Under the pieces are notes generated by a model. The model did no database searches. It had not been told where the DNA came from and was given only the letters and a program-made list of their open reading frames with translations. Of a stretch of DNA of 64,000 bases, positions 63,778 to 64,000 are shown piece by piece. Source of the stretch: Candidatus Multivorans sp. (GTDB taxonomy: Bacteria > Acidobacteriota > Thermoanaerobaculia > Multivoradales > Multivoraceae); NCBI GenBank assembly GCA_965224025.1, contig OZ245033.1:1632001-1696000 (forward strand), read 5' to 3'. Every line of letters starts with the position of its first letter. The first letter of the stretch is position 1. Both the position numbers and the translations under genes were made by a program.

Positions 63778-64000
63778 GCCATCGCATCGGTGATTGCCGG
63801 CGCCGGGACGCCCGGCTCGTTCCGGTACTCCTTCACCACACCCGTCACCGTGTCGGTCACCTGGATCGTGTAGCCGAGGTCCGTCGTCGAGGCGCCGTAC
63901 ACCCACACGTGTCCGTTGAGTGTGCAGCCGTCCAGCACCTTGATCAGAATCTCCCAGTTCTCACGGTTGAAGAACGTGAACAGACCCGAGTCGTTCGTTC
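63756..64000 (-). CDS. C-terminus of a probable surface/secreted protein (partial)
   Basis: DSGLFTFFNRENWEILIKVLDGCTLNGHVWVYGASTTDLGYTIQVTDT; resembles a C-terminal domain recurrent in Thermoanaerobaculia-like Acidobacteria. Confidence 0.75.
   Translation of the reverse strand, partial: TNDSGLFTFFNRENWEILIKVLDGCTLNGHVWVYGASTTDLGYTIQVTDTVTGVVKEYRNEPGVPAPAITDAMAFHACAR

Overview
High-GC bacterial chromosomal window. The partial last gene carries a C-terminal NWEILIKVLDGC..NGHVWVYGASTTDLGY domain and there is a CRTAC1/TPR pair, which suggests Acidobacteriota (Thermoanaerobaculia/Holophagae-like, possibly a sponge symbiont); this is inference. The backbone is housekeeping: amidase, M23 peptidase, TatD, Fpg/Nei, rocD, FprA, pruA, MscS, DEAD-box helicase, pheA, lhgO, prolyl oligopeptidase, MPG, a Cpx-like two-component system, glnS, gltX, galE, mdh, ferritin and an MFS transporter. 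Small defence/toxin-antitoxin patches are interleaved, many eroded by internal deletions. Most notable: (1) glutaminyl-tRNA synthetase fused in frame to a PD-(D/E)XK nuclease; (2) an ~11 kb accessory island between convergent glnS and gltX holding an intact SNF2 helicase + Mre11-like nuclease + Rad50/YhaN-like ATPase operon, flanked by MNT-HEPN and Xre-RES modules; (3) a decaying SNF2 helicase + actin/Hsp70-fold ATPase pair next to higBA; (4) a four-copy double-hairpin repeat with compensatory base changes that also invades coding sequence; (5) a bistable anti-SD leader on the DEAD-box helicase. No tRNA, rRNA, integrase, transposase or true CRISPR array was recognised. All family calls come from motif recognition by eye, not database searches.
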